The notes beneath the pieces were generated by a model. It did no database searches. It was not told the origin of the DNA and worked only from the letters and a program-made list of their open reading frames with translations. Position numbers and translations under genes: made by a program. Of a DNA stretch of 64,000 nucleotides, positions 1-13,386 are shown one piece after another (within the stretch, counting starts at the first letter, position 1; every line of letters begins with the position of its first letter). Source of the stretch: Pecten maximus (taxonomy: Eukaryota). The DNA lies in contig NC_047024.1 of the NCBI RefSeq assembly GCF_902652985.1, positions 4,030,001 to 4,094,000 of the forward strand. The letters are read 5' to 3'.

Positions 1-757
1 GATTTCTGAATATTTTGCTCTATTATTGTGTAATACTGGAAGGATAATAGCAACTCATAACTATCATGTTACTTCTCTCAATGTGAAGGATAGGGTTGTG
101 TTTAAATGTGTACTTAAGACAGACGTTCTGTTGGGGAAAACCAGAACATGACATAAGATGGACATTTCTGAAGATTCTGCCTGAGATTTAGTCATATTTG
201 GTGATGCTGCTGATACCTGGTGAAAACCAGGGTTACATCGTGGTATATGATGTTGTCTCATACCCAGTTTCATTCTTTATTGACGGGGTCTTGTCAGGCA
301 GTTTATGTGGATTGCTGTATTTTGTTGACATTAGTTCAGATAGATGTTTGAAGAATATTTGCAAAGCAAAGAAATTATTTTTTCATTGTCAATGTCATCA
401 TTTTCTACAGTGGAATTTAATTCATCCTGACAATTTGACAGCTGGGAAAAAAGACAAGAAAGCTGACATAAACAATGACAAATGCTTTTGGTCGGGGCCC
501 TGGTCCTAACTCCATTACTGTAAGCAAGTCAGTTAAGTCCTGGATTCTTACCAGGTAATCGCCTAATGAAACATGAGTTTCATCCATGTTCTTATGTACA
601 TTGTGTTCGACTGTTGTAACATCAATTATTTCAAACTTTGGTGCTGGACTTCACAGGCTGCCACTTTTATTTTTTAGTAAAATTTGTATGTTTAGATTGG
701 CAGAATGTCAGCTGTCGGTCAGTGTTCACAAACGTATCACCAAGGTTCTCTGTTTAG

Positions 758-1299
758 TTGCAGACACTGCAGTAGATGTCGGGCAGGGGTCTGGTGTCCT
801 GAGCCAAGAGACAGGTTCTGAGACGGGATTACGTCTGGATTTTACCTGTAACATCTGTCGGTTCACGACACCATCACATGACGCACTGCAACGACACATC
901 AAACAGCACCGGCCGCAAGCATCGCATGTCCAATACGACGCCCCATTCGCATGTGAAAGTTGTGGTAGGACATACAGAACTAAGACCGGCCTTAAACTTC
1001 ATGTCAATACAAAACATAAGTTGGAATTCCGTTTCACCTGTGAGATCTGCAATAAAGGGTTTAATGTGTTGTGTAACTTCCGGGGACACATGGCAAGCCA
1101 TAATAAAACATTTGTGGAAAAATGTGAGAAATGCGGATCAACATTTCCTCATCGGGAAAACCTAATCACACACGAAAAGTTCTGTGTTGGACACAAACTA
1201 TTCGCCTGTAAAAAATGTGGAAAATCTTTTAGTAACCATAGTAACCTGATGGAGCATATACTCACAAAACATGATGCAAAAAAATCTGGACCAAAATAA
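758..1299 (+). CDS. Putative alternative terminal exon 1: 5 zinc fingers (C2H2 plus one C2HC), 'type B' paralog of exon 11
   Basis: ORF 586..1299. Acceptor ttctctgtttAG at 756-757 (alternative ttgcAG 762-763), both phase 1. Five CxxC..H..H/C motifs; stop TAA. Confidence 0.82.
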
Positions 1300-1531
1300 C
1301 TTTTACCTGGAAATAGGTACACATAAACACTGAGGCTCTGTCATACACATGAGTGTCAGACTGCACATTGTCCATTTACAAGTGTCCGACAATGGCTACT
1401 TAGTCTCCACATTACGAGTGTCCTTGGCTACTTAGTCTCCACATTACGAGTGTCCGACAATGACAGCCCATTGTTGATTTACAAGTGTTAATCCCAAACA
1501 TTGTTCATAATTAATAAGTTTATTTGTTAAA

Positions 1532-1824
1532 CCGAATAGGACACAGACCATTGGTCAGTACAATTGGGGATATAATTGGTTGTATCAGGCCGAATAGGAC
1601 ACAGACCATTGGTCAGTACAATAGGGGATATAATTGGTTGTATCAGGCCGAATAGGACACAGACCATTGGTCAGTACAATTGGGGATATAATTGGTTGTA
1701 TCAGGCCGAATAGGACACAGACCATTGGTCAGTACAATAGGGGATATAATTGGTTGTATCAGGCCGAATAGGACACAGACCATTGGTCAGTACAATTGGG
1801 GATATAATTGGTTGTATCAGGCCG
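1532..1824. repeat. 58-bp tandem repeat, 5 copies
   Basis: ccgaataggacacagaccattggtcagtac... starts at 1532, 1590, 1648, 1706 and 1764. Confidence 0.92.
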
Positions 1825-1863
1825 TTTAAGGGGCTGCTTTCTACTAGCTTTATATAGGCTGTA

Positions 1864-2577
1864 GACTTGGACAGATAGACAGACACACACAAAACGGCTA
1901 TTGACCCTGGCTCGGACAGATGGACAGACACAGACGGAACATGACTATGAAGTGGAGGAAAATACCTATTCCTACAAACTCTGTAGATTTGCTGATCTGT
2001 TTATAAATACACTGTATATTATAGCCACTAGCTACCAGGTATTTAATATTTTGTATCCTACACTTCATAGTCATGTTCCGTCTGTCCATCTGTCCATCTG
2101 TCCGAGCCAGGGTCAATAGCCATTTTGTGTGTGTCGATCTGTCCATCTGTCCAAGTCAGGGTCAATATTCGTTTTGTGTGTGTCTGTCTATCTGTCCAAG
2201 TCAGGGTCAATAGTCATTTTGTGTGTGTCTGTCCACCTATCCAAGCCAGGGTCAACAGTCATTTTGTGTGTGTCTGTCCATCTATCCAAGTCAGGGTCAA
2301 CAGTCATTTTGTGTGTGTCTGTCCATCTATCCAAGTCAGGGTCAATAGTCGTTTTGTGTGTGTCTGTCCATCTGTCCAAGTCAGGGTCAACAGTCATTTT
2401 GTGTGTGTCTGTCCATCTATCCAAGTCAGGGTCAATAGTCGTTTTGTGTGTCTGTCCATCTGTCCAAGTCGGGGTCAATAGTCGTTTTGTGTGTCTGTAC
2501 ATCTATCCAAGCCAGGGTCAGTGGTCAGTGGTCATTGCTTTGTCTGTGTCTGTCCATCTGTCCAAGTCAAGGTCAGT
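1864..2577. repeat. ~90-bp inverted repeat (1864-1954 / 2061-2157) whose right arm continues as a 45-bp tandem array; MITE- or Helentron-like relic
   Basis: gacttggacaga...catgactatgaagtg mirrors cacttcatagtcatg...ctgtccaagtc. The unit caagtcagggtcaatagtcattttgtgtgtgtctgtccatctatc repeats about 10 times. Confidence 0.75.
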
Positions 2578-2590
2578 GGTAATTGGCTTT

Positions 2591-2961
2591 GGGTTCTGTC
2601 CCCCTGGCCGGGACATACCAGAGTCTTTAAAAATGGTAGTTGCTGCTCCTGCTTAGCGCTCAGCAAATAAGGAGTGGGATGACTGGTTCGCCCGTTGTCA
2701 GTATAATGTGACCGGGTGGGGTGTGTTGCTGGGTGTCTTCAGCAGTATGCTTCAGTGAGGTAGCACTCTAAATCGGCAAAAGATCCGGCCTATCACAAGG
2801 AGACTTCACACGAACATACCGCAGCCTCCCAAAACACACATACGCACTCGCTACACGCATACATGTCGCACGCACAGGAGGCCGTCCTTAAATGACCTTA
2901 GCTGTTAATAGGACGTTAAACAAACCAAACCAAACCAAACCAAACCAAACCAAACCAAACC
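2591..2961 (+). mobile_element. 5'-truncated SINE (resembles molluscan Meta-type SINEs) with (AAACC)n tail
   Basis: B-box-like gggttctgtcccc, central tggtagttgctgctcctgcttagcgctcagc, 3' ...ttagctgttaataggacgttaaa followed by an AAACC microsatellite. Family assignment is from recall, not a search. Confidence 0.6.
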
Positions 2962-3385
2962 ATTCCTTTGTCTGTGACCATGAATAGTAAACTAGTATAT
3001 TTGCATATCTCGGTAATTCTTCAACAGATCTAATTTGTTTATTAGTTCAGATTAGGTGTGGACCATGTGTACAATATTTAGGATCAGTGCTTCATATGAA
3101 GCCAAGACTTCTGCTGTAGTCAACCTAGCATGAGATTGAAAGGGAAGTCGACCAAAAAAAAGAGAGGGAGGGGGGAGGGAATTAATAGGGGACGATTATC
3201 AATCCAAGATATTGTAATTATGGTAGAGAGAGAATGAGAAAGTGGAAAGAATTGGAAGCTGTATAGATAGCAGAGTATGTTTTGTATTTCCACCATCATG
3301 TTCAGATGTTTGATTTTGAAAATAAATGTTGTAAAAAGAATAAATCGTTATCATTGAATTGAAAGACAATTTCTTATCTGTTCAG

Positions 3386-3942
3386 GTCCCCAGCCTGCCC
3401 CCGTGGGAGTCGCATCCTCCCTGACAACACAAATAACCATGGTGACTCATCCGGGCCCTGGTGGGGTACAGCAGGGGAACCAGGGGGCATATCGAGGGCC
3501 CCCAACAGGGGCTGAGGGGCAATGGTCCTATCACTGTGATATCTGCCCAAAGTCCTTTCTCACAAAGATGGAACTTAGTGTGCACCTAACACAGCACCAG
3601 CAGCAGAAGAGATATCGCTGTGGGATTTGTCGGTATTCCCTCTCAGACCGAAGTGTGCTGAGACAACACCTACTACAACATAGTAACGAGTTCACACACT
3701 TCTGTTATCCCTGTGGCAAGGGCTTCAAATCCTACACAGGCCACTATCGTCATGAAAAACTCTTCCATCGTCCACAAACCAACAACCCAAAGTGTCAGAT
3801 TTGTGGGCGACAGTTCCCAGATGACAGTAGTCTTAAAATCCACTACCGCAGACATTCTGACGATCGTCCATTTAAATGTGAAATGTGTGGAAAGTCTTAT
3901 AAACACAAGAAAAGTCTACAGGATCATACATGTATCCCATAG
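3386..3942 (+). CDS. Putative alternative terminal exon 2: 5 zinc fingers, last ends H-T-C
   Basis: Acceptor ttcttatctgttcAG at 3384-3385, phase 1 with ORF 3403..3942. HSDDRPFKC linker; stop TAG. Confidence 0.88.
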
Positions 3943-4113
3943 CAACAGGACCATACATATATCCCATAACAACAGGACCATACCTGTATCCCATAGCAAC
4001 AGGACCATACCTGTATCCCATAGCAACAGGACCATACCTGTATCCCATAGCAACAGGACCATACATGTATCCCATAGCAACAGACCATACATATATCCCA
4101 TAGCAACAGGACC
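3925..4113. repeat. 27-bp minisatellite that includes the last codons and stop of exon 2
   Basis: catacatgtatcccatagcaacaggac, about 7 copies. Confidence 0.88.
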
Positions 4114-5001
4114 AATCAAAGTACATTTGGAAAGCAAAGGTCATTACTGGATGACCTTCAGAACTGTGGAAAAAGAAAAAAAACTGATGTACATACCCCT
4201 TTTATACAGTATCAAACAAATTTGAGATTTCATTGACTAGTTGTCTTATACATTTCGTGTGAATGTTAATCGACTGCCATTAATTTGTATTACCTCAGTA
4301 TCATGTGGAGTACAAACTTAACACAAATATATTGGTGATCCTCATGTACCAGTGTATTGGATGGTGATTCTCCCAGGATTCCTAGTCTGTACCCATATTG
4401 TAGTGCTCTACAAACTCACGCCTTCCGGTGTATATACTGATGTATTTGGTCTGTGAGATTAGATTAAAGTATTGCTATACAAATCATCCTGTCTTCAGTG
4501 GTTTTTTCGTTGTGTATTTATCCTGAAATTATGACAAATAACTTGAAGGGAAATATAGTATTGGCCTATCGGTGAAAAACAGGGAACTTTACAATATGCC
4601 ATTTCTGACATGGTATGAGTTGTCATTAGGAACCTTACAATATAAATGTTTGTGATGGCCTGTGAAAGTTTTCATCTTTTACCTGTAAGTCCTATTGGTT
4701 TTATAACTGGCCGTTGACATATCTCAGCACATCTGATGTGTTTAAAGTGTTTTGTCATTCTATTTGAGTGGAAATTGTTGTACTCGGATCTGATATAGTC
4801 TGTATAGTCTGTATAGACCAGACCCTCAGGCCTGGCACTGTTCCTGTGTATAATGAACCTGTGTAATCAAGAAACCTGTTTTAACTGGAGGATTAGCTAG
4901 ATACCTAACTTTGACGTTGCTGTCACATACTCGTACATGCTTTCTATCTGATGCCGTATAGTGAGTATACCTTGACTGAAAGCCTCTTGTTTTGATTTCA
5001 G

Positions 5002-5558
5002 ATTTTCCTGTGGATTCTTTGTTGCAAGGCAGTGTTTTAGAAAACCCTGTCAATCTAAAGGGCCTCAACTGGGCCAAGCAGCACTTTGGTGGGGCTGAAC
5101 CTGACTCCCCAGGGAACAGACGCTTCAAAGGGCCCCACCCTGGAGAAGGGGATGGGGAGAAGACAGTTAAATGTGGTTTTTGTTACATGCCCCGAAGCAG
5201 TCGAGAGAGCCTGCGGGAACACATCACCACACACCATGGCGAGGAGTACCAACATATCTGTTATGACTGTGGTAAAGCCTACCGCTCCATGGCTGGCTAC
5301 CAGAAACACCGCAAGATCTACCACGGGGAGGGTCGTAACTGTGTAATCTGTCAGATATGTGGTAGTGTGTGTGCCAACAACAGCATGCTGATGAACCACA
5401 TGAGGTCACACACTGACGTGCGCCCCTACATGTGTAAACGTTGTGGCCGCTCCTACAAGTACAAAAGTCACCTCAACGAGCATGAGCGGAACTGTTCAAC
5501 CAGTGAACAAAGCTCACAGCCCTCACAGCCATCACAGTCACAGGAGAACACAGAATGA
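5002..5558 (+). CDS. Putative alternative terminal exon 3: 4 zinc fingers
   Basis: Acceptor cttgttttgatttcAG at 5000-5001, phase 1. HTDVRPYMC linker; stop TGA. Confidence 0.88.
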
Positions 5559-5589
5559 GTCTGGTAAATGTTCGACCATTAATCTGTCT

Positions 5590-6385
5590 TTACCACCACA
5601 ATAACCCCTATAACATTGTGTTACCACCACAATAACCCCTCCACATTGTCTTTACCACCACAATAGCGCCTCCACATTGTGTTACCACCACAATAGCCCC
5701 TACCACATTGTGTTACCATCAACAATAGCCCCCTACCACATTGTGTTACCATCAACAATAGCCCCTCCACAATAACTCCTACCACATTGTGTTACCATCA
5801 ACAATAGCCCCCTACCACATTGTGTTACCATCAACAATAGCCCCTACCACATTGTGTTACCATCAACAATAGCCCCCTACCACATTGTGTTACCATCAAC
5901 AATAGCCCCCTACCACATTGTGTTACCATCAACAATAGCCCCTACCACATTGTGTTACCATCAACAATAGCCCCCTACCACATTGTGTTACCATCAACAA
6001 TAGCCCCCTACCACATTGTGTTATCACCACAATAGCCCCTACCACATTGTGTTACCATCAACAATAGCCCCCTACCACATTGTGTTACCATCAACAATAG
6101 CCCCCTACCACATTGTGTTATCACCACAATAGCCCCTACCACATTGTGTTACCATCAACAATAGCCCCCTACCACATTGTGTTACCATCAACAATAGCCC
6201 CCTACCACATTGTGTTATCACCACAATAACCCCTACCACATTGTGTTACCATCAACAATAGCCCCCTACCACATTGTGTCACCATCAACAATAGCCCCTC
6301 CACAATAACCCCTACCACATTGTGTTACCATCCAAAATGATCCGTACCACATGTGTTACCTTCCACAATAGCCCCTATCACATTG
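5590..6385. repeat. ~32-bp minisatellite
   Basis: ccacattgtgttaccatcaacaatagccccta repeated. Confidence 0.92.
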
Positions 6386-6622
6386 TATTGATATAGATAA
6401 CTATATATAGATACCCTATGAAGTGATGTTAACAAGACAATAGCTGTCATGGCTTGATCTACAATACCATATATCTGAAATCATTTACATTGTATAAGTT
6501 AACTACATGATTCAATGCATGAATCCACAGTGAATTTCTGTTACTGTTTTGTCTGGTTTTTAAGAATATCTGATTTTATGAAAATGATAGGGAAGGAATG
6601 GTAAGTTCCATACTTGTATTCC

Positions 6623-7590
6623 CACCAAGGTCATAGGCCCTGGATCAGATCACACTACCAATGTCATAGGTCCTGGATCAGGTCACACTACCAAGGTCAT
6701 AGGCCCTGGATGAGGTCACACTACCAAGGTCATAGGCCCTGGATGAGGTCACACTACCAAGGTCATAGGCCCTGGATCAGATCACACTTCCAATGTCATA
6801 GGCCCTGGACCTGGTCAGTCTACCAATGTCATAGGCCCTGGACCTGGTCAGTCTACCAAGGTCATAAGCCCTAGATCATGTCAGTCTACCAAGGTCATAG
6901 GTCCTTGATCAGGTCACACTACCAAGGTCATAGGGCCTGGATCAGGTCACACTACCAAGGTCATAGGCCCTGGATCAGGTCACACTACCAAGGTCATAAG
7001 CCCTGGATCAGGTCACACTACCAAGGTCATAGCCCTGGATCAGATCACACTACCAAGGTCATAGCCCTGGATCAGGTCACACTACCAAGGTCATAGCCCT
7101 GAATCAGGTCACACAAACAAGGTCATAGGCCCTGGATCAGATCACACTACCAAGGTCATAAGCCCTGGATCAGGTCACACTACCAAAGTCATAAGCCCTG
7201 GATCAGGTCACACTACCAATGTCATAGGCCCTGGATGAGGTCACACTACCAAGGTCATAAGCCCTGGATCAGGTCACACTACCAAGGTCATAGCCCTGGA
7301 TCAGATCACACTACCAAGGTCATAGCCCTGGATCAGGTCACACTACCAAGGAGGTCATAGCCCTGGATCAGGTCACACAAACAAGGTCATAGGCCCTGGA
7401 TCAGATCACACTACCAAGGTCATAGGCCCTGGATCAGATCACACTACCAAGGTCATAGGCTCCGGATCTGATCAGACTATCAGGGTCAAAGGTCCTCGAT
7501 CAAGTCAGGACTACCAAGGTCAAAGGCCCTGGATTAGGTCAGGACTACCAAGGTCAAAGGCCATAAATCAGGTCAGACAACTTAGGTCAA
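6623..7590. repeat. 33-bp minisatellite carrying CAAGGTCA
   Basis: caaggtcataggccctggatcaggtcacactac repeated; produces spurious 11-aa-repeat ORFs. Confidence 0.92.
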
Positions 7591-7759
7591 AGGCCAAAAT
7601 GTTAATTTACTGCAGGTTTCAAGGCATTGAAAGTTTTTGGTGGAAAATGCTGGGCTAGCAAGGGTTGGATTTCTGAACTTACTTTCCTGCTTTCTAGTCT
7701 CATCTGAGCTTTGAATATATAGATTACTTGGTATATATTTAAAGGCTGTCTGGTTAGAC

Positions 7760-8400
7760 CCTAAATATATGACAGTTGTAGGGTGCCTGGTTACACCCTA
7801 AATACATGACAGTTGGAGGGTGCCTGGTTACACCCTAAATACACGACAGTCGGAGGGTGCCCAGTTACACCCTAAATACATGACAGTTGGAGGGTGCCTG
7901 GTTACACCCTTAATACATGACAGTTGGAGGGTGCCTGGTTACACCCTAAATACATGACAGTCTGAGGGTGCCTGGTTACACTCTAAATACATGACTGTTG
8001 TAGGGTGCCTGGTTACACCCTAGATACATGACAGTTGGAGGGTGCTTGGTTACACCCTAAATACATAACAGTCGGAGGGTGCCCAGTTACACCCTAGATA
8101 CATGACAGTTGGAGGGTGCCTGGTTACACCCTTAATACATGACAGTTGGAGGGTGCCTGGTTACACCCTAAATACATGACAGTCTGAGGGTGCCTGGTTA
8201 CACTCTAAATACATGACTGTTGTAGGGTGCCTGGTTACACTCTAAATACATGACTGTTGTAGGGTGCCTGGTTACACCCTAGATACATGACAGTTGGAGG
8301 GTGCCTGGTTACACCCTTAATACATGACAGTTGGAGGGTGCCTGGTTACACCCTAAATACATGACAGTTGTAGGGTGCCTGGTTACACCCTAGATACATG
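7760..8400. repeat. 37-bp minisatellite with internal inverted repeat (AGGGTG...CACCCT)
   Basis: gggtgcctggttacaccctaaatacatgacagttgga, about 17 copies. Confidence 0.92.
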
Positions 8401-8746
8401 ATTATACCATTATTCACCAGTAAGAGAGGTAGTACAAGTTTCTTAGTGAGGATGTATGAATATATTATGCCAAATCTACCACAGGTACACTGATAGATGC
8501 CAGTCTTTGAATGTTGATGAAGAACTTAAAACTGAAGGTGGAACATATCAACACTTTCTTTGAAACATTTATTAAATGTGTAAAACAGACCAATTAGTTG
8601 ACAGTCTGATTGAAATATTTGTTGGATGTATAAGACATGCCAATTAGTTTGTATTATTTCTAAAATCAATCTTAAGTTTCCCTGTTCCTTTTCTATCCAA
8701 TGACCTTTATCGTATGACTGAAGGTCTCACATTGTCTTTTGGTCAG

Positions 8747-9255
8747 GTGATGCCAGAAACACGGGACAGGGAGCCACCATGGATCTTGGGACCTATGTGG
8801 ATAATTTCTATGAGAACAATAGTATGACTACACCAGTGACACAGTCAGCAGGATTTCAACATCAGTTTGTTCAAGGTCATGGAGTTACAAGGTCATTGGA
8901 AGGTCAAGGGGAGATTTCATGTGGATTGTGTTTAGTTTGTTGTAGAGGTAGAGAGGAATTCCGAGATCATGTGTTATTAAGTCACGGCGACCAGTACACA
9001 CACCTGTGTTACGACTGTGGTAAACTGTTCAGGTCCTATCAGGGCTACAAGAAACACGAGAAACTGTATCATCGTGGCGGAGTAGACTGTAAGTCGTGCG
9101 AGATTTGTGGCAAACAATTTCCAGACGATAGCAGTCTTAAAAAGCACAGACTAAAACACACTGGGGATCGACCTTTTGCGTGTGACAAATGTGGCAAAAC
9201 GTATAAACATCGGAGTAATCTTAAAGATCATTCTTGTGTGGGATTTCCTTCATAA
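8747..9255 (+). CDS. Putative alternative terminal exon 4: 4 zinc fingers; near-duplicate of exon 5
   Basis: Acceptor ttgtcttttggtcAG at 8745-8746, phase 1 with ORF 8779..9255. AATAAA at 9267-9272. Confidence 0.88.
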
Positions 9256-9440
9256 CAAGTTCACACAATAAATTCACACAAATGGGCAGAGGTACTCATA
9301 GTTTTGTGTGACTCACAAGGTCCTTAGATAATATTATCGTGGAACAAAAAATATAATGCCAGTTTGTATGCTTCAGAATACACAGAACCGCTGTGTAGAA
9401 TTCAGAATACACAGAACTGCTGTGTAGAAACTGTTGTGGA

Positions 9441-9618
9441 TGTCTGCTGAAGTTTTAATTGGCCTTTAAGTCGATCTCCACTGCAGTGGTTTGCTATAAG
9501 TGTCTGAAGTTTTAATTGGCCTTTAAGTCGATCTCCACTGCAGTGGTTTGCTATAAGTGTCTGAAGTTTGAATTGGCCTTTAAGTCGATCTCCACTGCAG
9601 TGGTTTGCTATAAGTGTC
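9441..9618. repeat. 57-bp tandem repeat, 3 copies
   Basis: tgaagttttaattggcctttaagtcgatctccactgcagtggtttgctataagtgtc x3. Confidence 0.88.
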
Positions 9619-10603
9619 GGATGATGAACAGAATCTTGTATTTGTAACATGGCTAGTCGCTGTAAACAAGGTGCCCAGAGAAGTTGTTGCTCAGACACAG
9701 TTTGACTGTGTTAATTTTTATATGTTATTATTGGACTTAATGAATTCCACCATCTAGAAGCAGCAGGGAGCTTGTTTATGTGTGATGAAGTATTTTAAGA
9801 TCAGTATTACCAACTATACTGTTTCCTACAATACCTTGGCTGGATATAAAGGTGATGTTGACCCAATGAACAGTCGGTATTGTATGAATCTACTTGTATA
9901 GATATGTTGCACTTCCATGGTAGGAATTGCAGGTGACAGTATGTATATAATGTTCCAAATAAAATGTGTTGGTATGTATATAATGTTCCAAATAAAATGT
10001 GTTGATTTCAGAAAATCAGGTTTTTGTTTGATATGCTTGTGTTGGATAATTACTAAGACTGCAGTGGTAATGAGTTCTTATGTCATGAGTCATAAGAATC
10101 TCGAGTGATTTATTGATAGATTTTTTTGACAATTTGGTGGTAGCTACATACATATGACCTTGACCTTCCAATTTATCTATATAATGAATTTATAATAACT
10201 GACACTATTGACCTTGACATCACAATTTTATGCTTGACTGACTTGATATCATTTTGATCAATAAGCCATACTGCGTGTGTTGTCTGTGACCTGACCTTGT
10301 GATTTATTACAGATCAGTGGTCAGTATGGGATCCTATCATCAGTAGTCACAATATTATATTTGACCACCAATAAAAATATGATACATTGTTATTTACACA
10401 TGACTATCGGATGAAGCACTACGTACGGGTATAATACAAGGTCTGAGGCTGTTGTTTCTAGCTATAGATGATGATTGATGACCAAGCTTGTGCACGTCTA
10501 TTTGTTTAAGCCTCATTAACCAAATATCTTTATTTATACCTGTTTCCTTTGTTTCTTGTGACATTTGACTGAAGGTCATTGTTTCACATTGTCTTTTGGT
10601 CAG

Positions 10604-11103
10604 GTGATGCCAGAAACACGGGACAGGGAGCCACCATGGATCTTGGGACCTATGTGGATAATTTCTATGAGAACAATAGTATGACTACACCAGTGACACA
10701 GTCAGCAGGATTTCAACATCAGTTTGTTCAAGGTCATGGAGTTACAAGGTCATTGGAAGGTCAAGGGGAGATTTCATGTGGATTGTGTTTAGTTTGTTGT
10801 AGAGGTAGAGAGGAATTCCGAGATCATGTGTTATTAAGTCACGGCGACCAGTACACACACCTGTGTTACGACTGTGGTAAGCTGTTCAGGTCCTATCAGG
10901 GCTACAAGAAACACGAGAAACTGTATCATCGTGGCGGAGTAGACTGTAAGTCGTGCGAGATTTGTGGCAGGACGTTTCCTGATGACAGTAGTCTGAAACA
11001 ACACAGACTAAAGCACACTGATGAACGACCCTTCAGCTGTGACAAATGTGGCAAATCTTACAAGTATAGGAATACACTCAAAGATCATTCCTGTATCGGC
11101 TAA
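10604..11103 (+). CDS. Putative alternative terminal exon 5: 4 zinc fingers
   Basis: Acceptor ttgtcttttggtcAG at 10602-10603, phase 1. First ~365 coding nt nearly identical to exon 4. Confidence 0.88.
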
Positions 11104-11444
11104 AACAATCAATCTTATGTAGTCTGAAATGATTATCCCTGTGTGGGCTGAATTTTCATACCTTTGTCTGCTGAATTATCATACCTATGTTGGCTGAATT
11201 ATCATCCCTGTATCGGCTGAATTATCATACCTATGTTGGCTGAATTATACCTGTGTGGGCTGAATTATCATACCTGTGTCGGCTAAAATAGACATAATGA
11301 CATTCTTTAAAGATCACAGAAACTTACACATTTAGGATCAGTCATGTGTTACTGTGATTCTATAATGGGGGGTTTGATTTATAGATACATTGATTTGATA
11401 TACAAAGGAATGGACTAGTTTTGTTTATTTTGGTAGGTCATACG

Positions 11445-11930
11445 GATTTCATCTGGATAGGTGTCATCTTGGATTTTACCTGGATAGGTCTCAGGATTTT
11501 ATCTCGATAGGTCTCAGGATTTTATCTCGATAGGCTAGATAGGTCTCAGGATTTATCTCGATAGGCTAGATAGCTCTCAGCTTGGATTTTATGTGGATAG
11601 GTCTCAGGATTTTATCTGGATACAGATATCTCATCTTGGATTTTATCTGGATACAGATATCTCATCTTGGATTTTATCTGGATACAGATATCACATCTTG
11701 GATTTTATCTGGATACAGATATCTTATCTTGGATTTTATCTGGATACAGATATCTCATCTTGGATTTTATCTGGATACAGATATCTCATCTTGGATTTTA
11801 TCTGGATACAGATATCACATCTTGGATTTTATCTGGATACAGATATCTTATCTTGGATTTTATCTGGATAGGCTAGATAGGTCTCAGGATTTTATCTGGA
11901 TAGGTCTCAGGATTTTATCTGGATAGATCT
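11445..11930. repeat. 31-bp minisatellite
   Basis: ggattttatctggatacagatatctcatctt repeated. Confidence 0.9.
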
Positions 11931-12099
11931 TATGTTAGATTGATCTGGATAAATGTGATTAACCTGGACATTATTGTTGTAACACCAGTACCAAACTGAG
12001 TTCTGACACAAACCATCCTGGCTGATTATACAGAACTGACTACCCATAATATTCAACTGTGACTTTATTCTCTCCTTGAAATATTAATTGTCACAAAAT

Positions 12100-12260
12100 C
12101 CTACCTTGAACCAATGCTGACCTTGAACCAATAATGACCTTGAACCAACGCTTACCTTAAACTAATGCTGACCTTGAACCAATAATGACCTTGAACCAAC
12201 GCTTACCTTAAACCAATAATGACCTTGAACCACAGCTGACCTTGAACCAATGCTTACCTT
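12100..12260. repeat. Short TGACCTTGAACC-based tandem repeat
   Basis: tgaccttgaaccaataa / tgaccttgaaccaacgc units. Confidence 0.75.
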
Positions 12261-12804
12261 CAACTACTTATGTTAACCAAAGATAACCTTAGTAATCAGT
12301 TGTTACCAGTAATACCAATAAAGCTCCTGTCATAGTAAACCATCCAAACTATAATAGTCAATGTAGTTCTGGTTTCTATCGCAGAATGTGTCTCATACTA
12401 CATTAGGTATGAATCTGTCATTTTACAACTTGAATGACATCATTTCTTCTCTGACCATTTCCAAATATTGTAGTACCTTACGTCGGTACAAACAACAGGT
12501 GATTTATACATCAACACTGTACTATTGCCCTGCCTGACAGTAGTTAAGGCCTCCTTCAGTAATCACGGTTTATGATTAATTTTCTATTGAAAACAGCTTT
12601 TAACATTAAAATACAACACATGTTTGTGGAGATATTAATTCACTCAGCGATACATTGTTTTTTTTATTTATTGTTGGCCTTGTCAATTGTTTGACATTAC
12701 ATTATGTTGTTTATTTAATTCATTCTTGGCTTTGTCATTTGTTTGACCTTTGTATTTGTGTTTGTAGTGACTGAAGGTCATTTGAACGCTTTGTCTTTGG
12801 TTAG

Positions 12805-13343
12805 GTGATGATTCAAGTCTGGAACAGCTCATTAACATCCAATCAAGCTCCAGTGATAGTTACAAAGACCCCTCCAGTGCACTGCAGTCTGGATATAGTG
12901 GACAGTACAAAGGTCAAGGCCACCCCAATGAAGTACTAACGGAGAGTGAAGGTCAAAGGTCACTAGCGGTCAATAGAGAGTTGGGTATATTTGCCTGTGC
13001 TCTGTGTCTGACAGGTTGTCGAGGACGACAGGGATTGAGGATGCATGTGTTGTCCCATCATGGCCCAGAATATACACATATCTGTTTTGAATGTGGTGGA
13101 CGCTTGTTCAAGTCATATCAAGGATATAAAAAACATGAGAAATTGTGTCATCGTGGTGGTCTAGACTGTAAAACTTGTCAAGTGTGTGGCAAGTCATTCC
13201 CCAATGACAGCAGTCTAAAACAGCACTTACAGAAACACACAGATGATCGTCCCTTCTCCTGTGACAAGTGTGGAAAGAATTATAAGTTTATCAACAGTCT
13301 TAGGACCCACACATGTGTTTTACCAATGAATCCACAGTCCTAG
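12805..13343 (+). CDS. Putative alternative terminal exon 6: 4 zinc fingers
   Basis: Acceptor ttgtctttggttAG at 12803-12804, phase 1. Frame is open from there (GDDSSLEQLI...) into ORF 12981..13343. Confidence 0.88.
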
Positions 13344-13386
13344 GAGTTCTATATATACAGTATCATCACAATATCAGCACGCTTGG

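Noticed and set aside
198-509. 103-aa ORF as a constant or BTB exon
   Set aside because: No recognisable domain and intron-like composition; no BTB, KRAB, SCAN or ZAD domain was seen anywhere in the window.
586-757. ORF-track N-termini upstream of the acceptors (also 21065-21191, 22195-22249, 53544-53619) as real starts
   Set aside because: They are F/L/C/V-rich read-through of pyrimidine tracts, often from TTG/GTG starts; better explained as intron.
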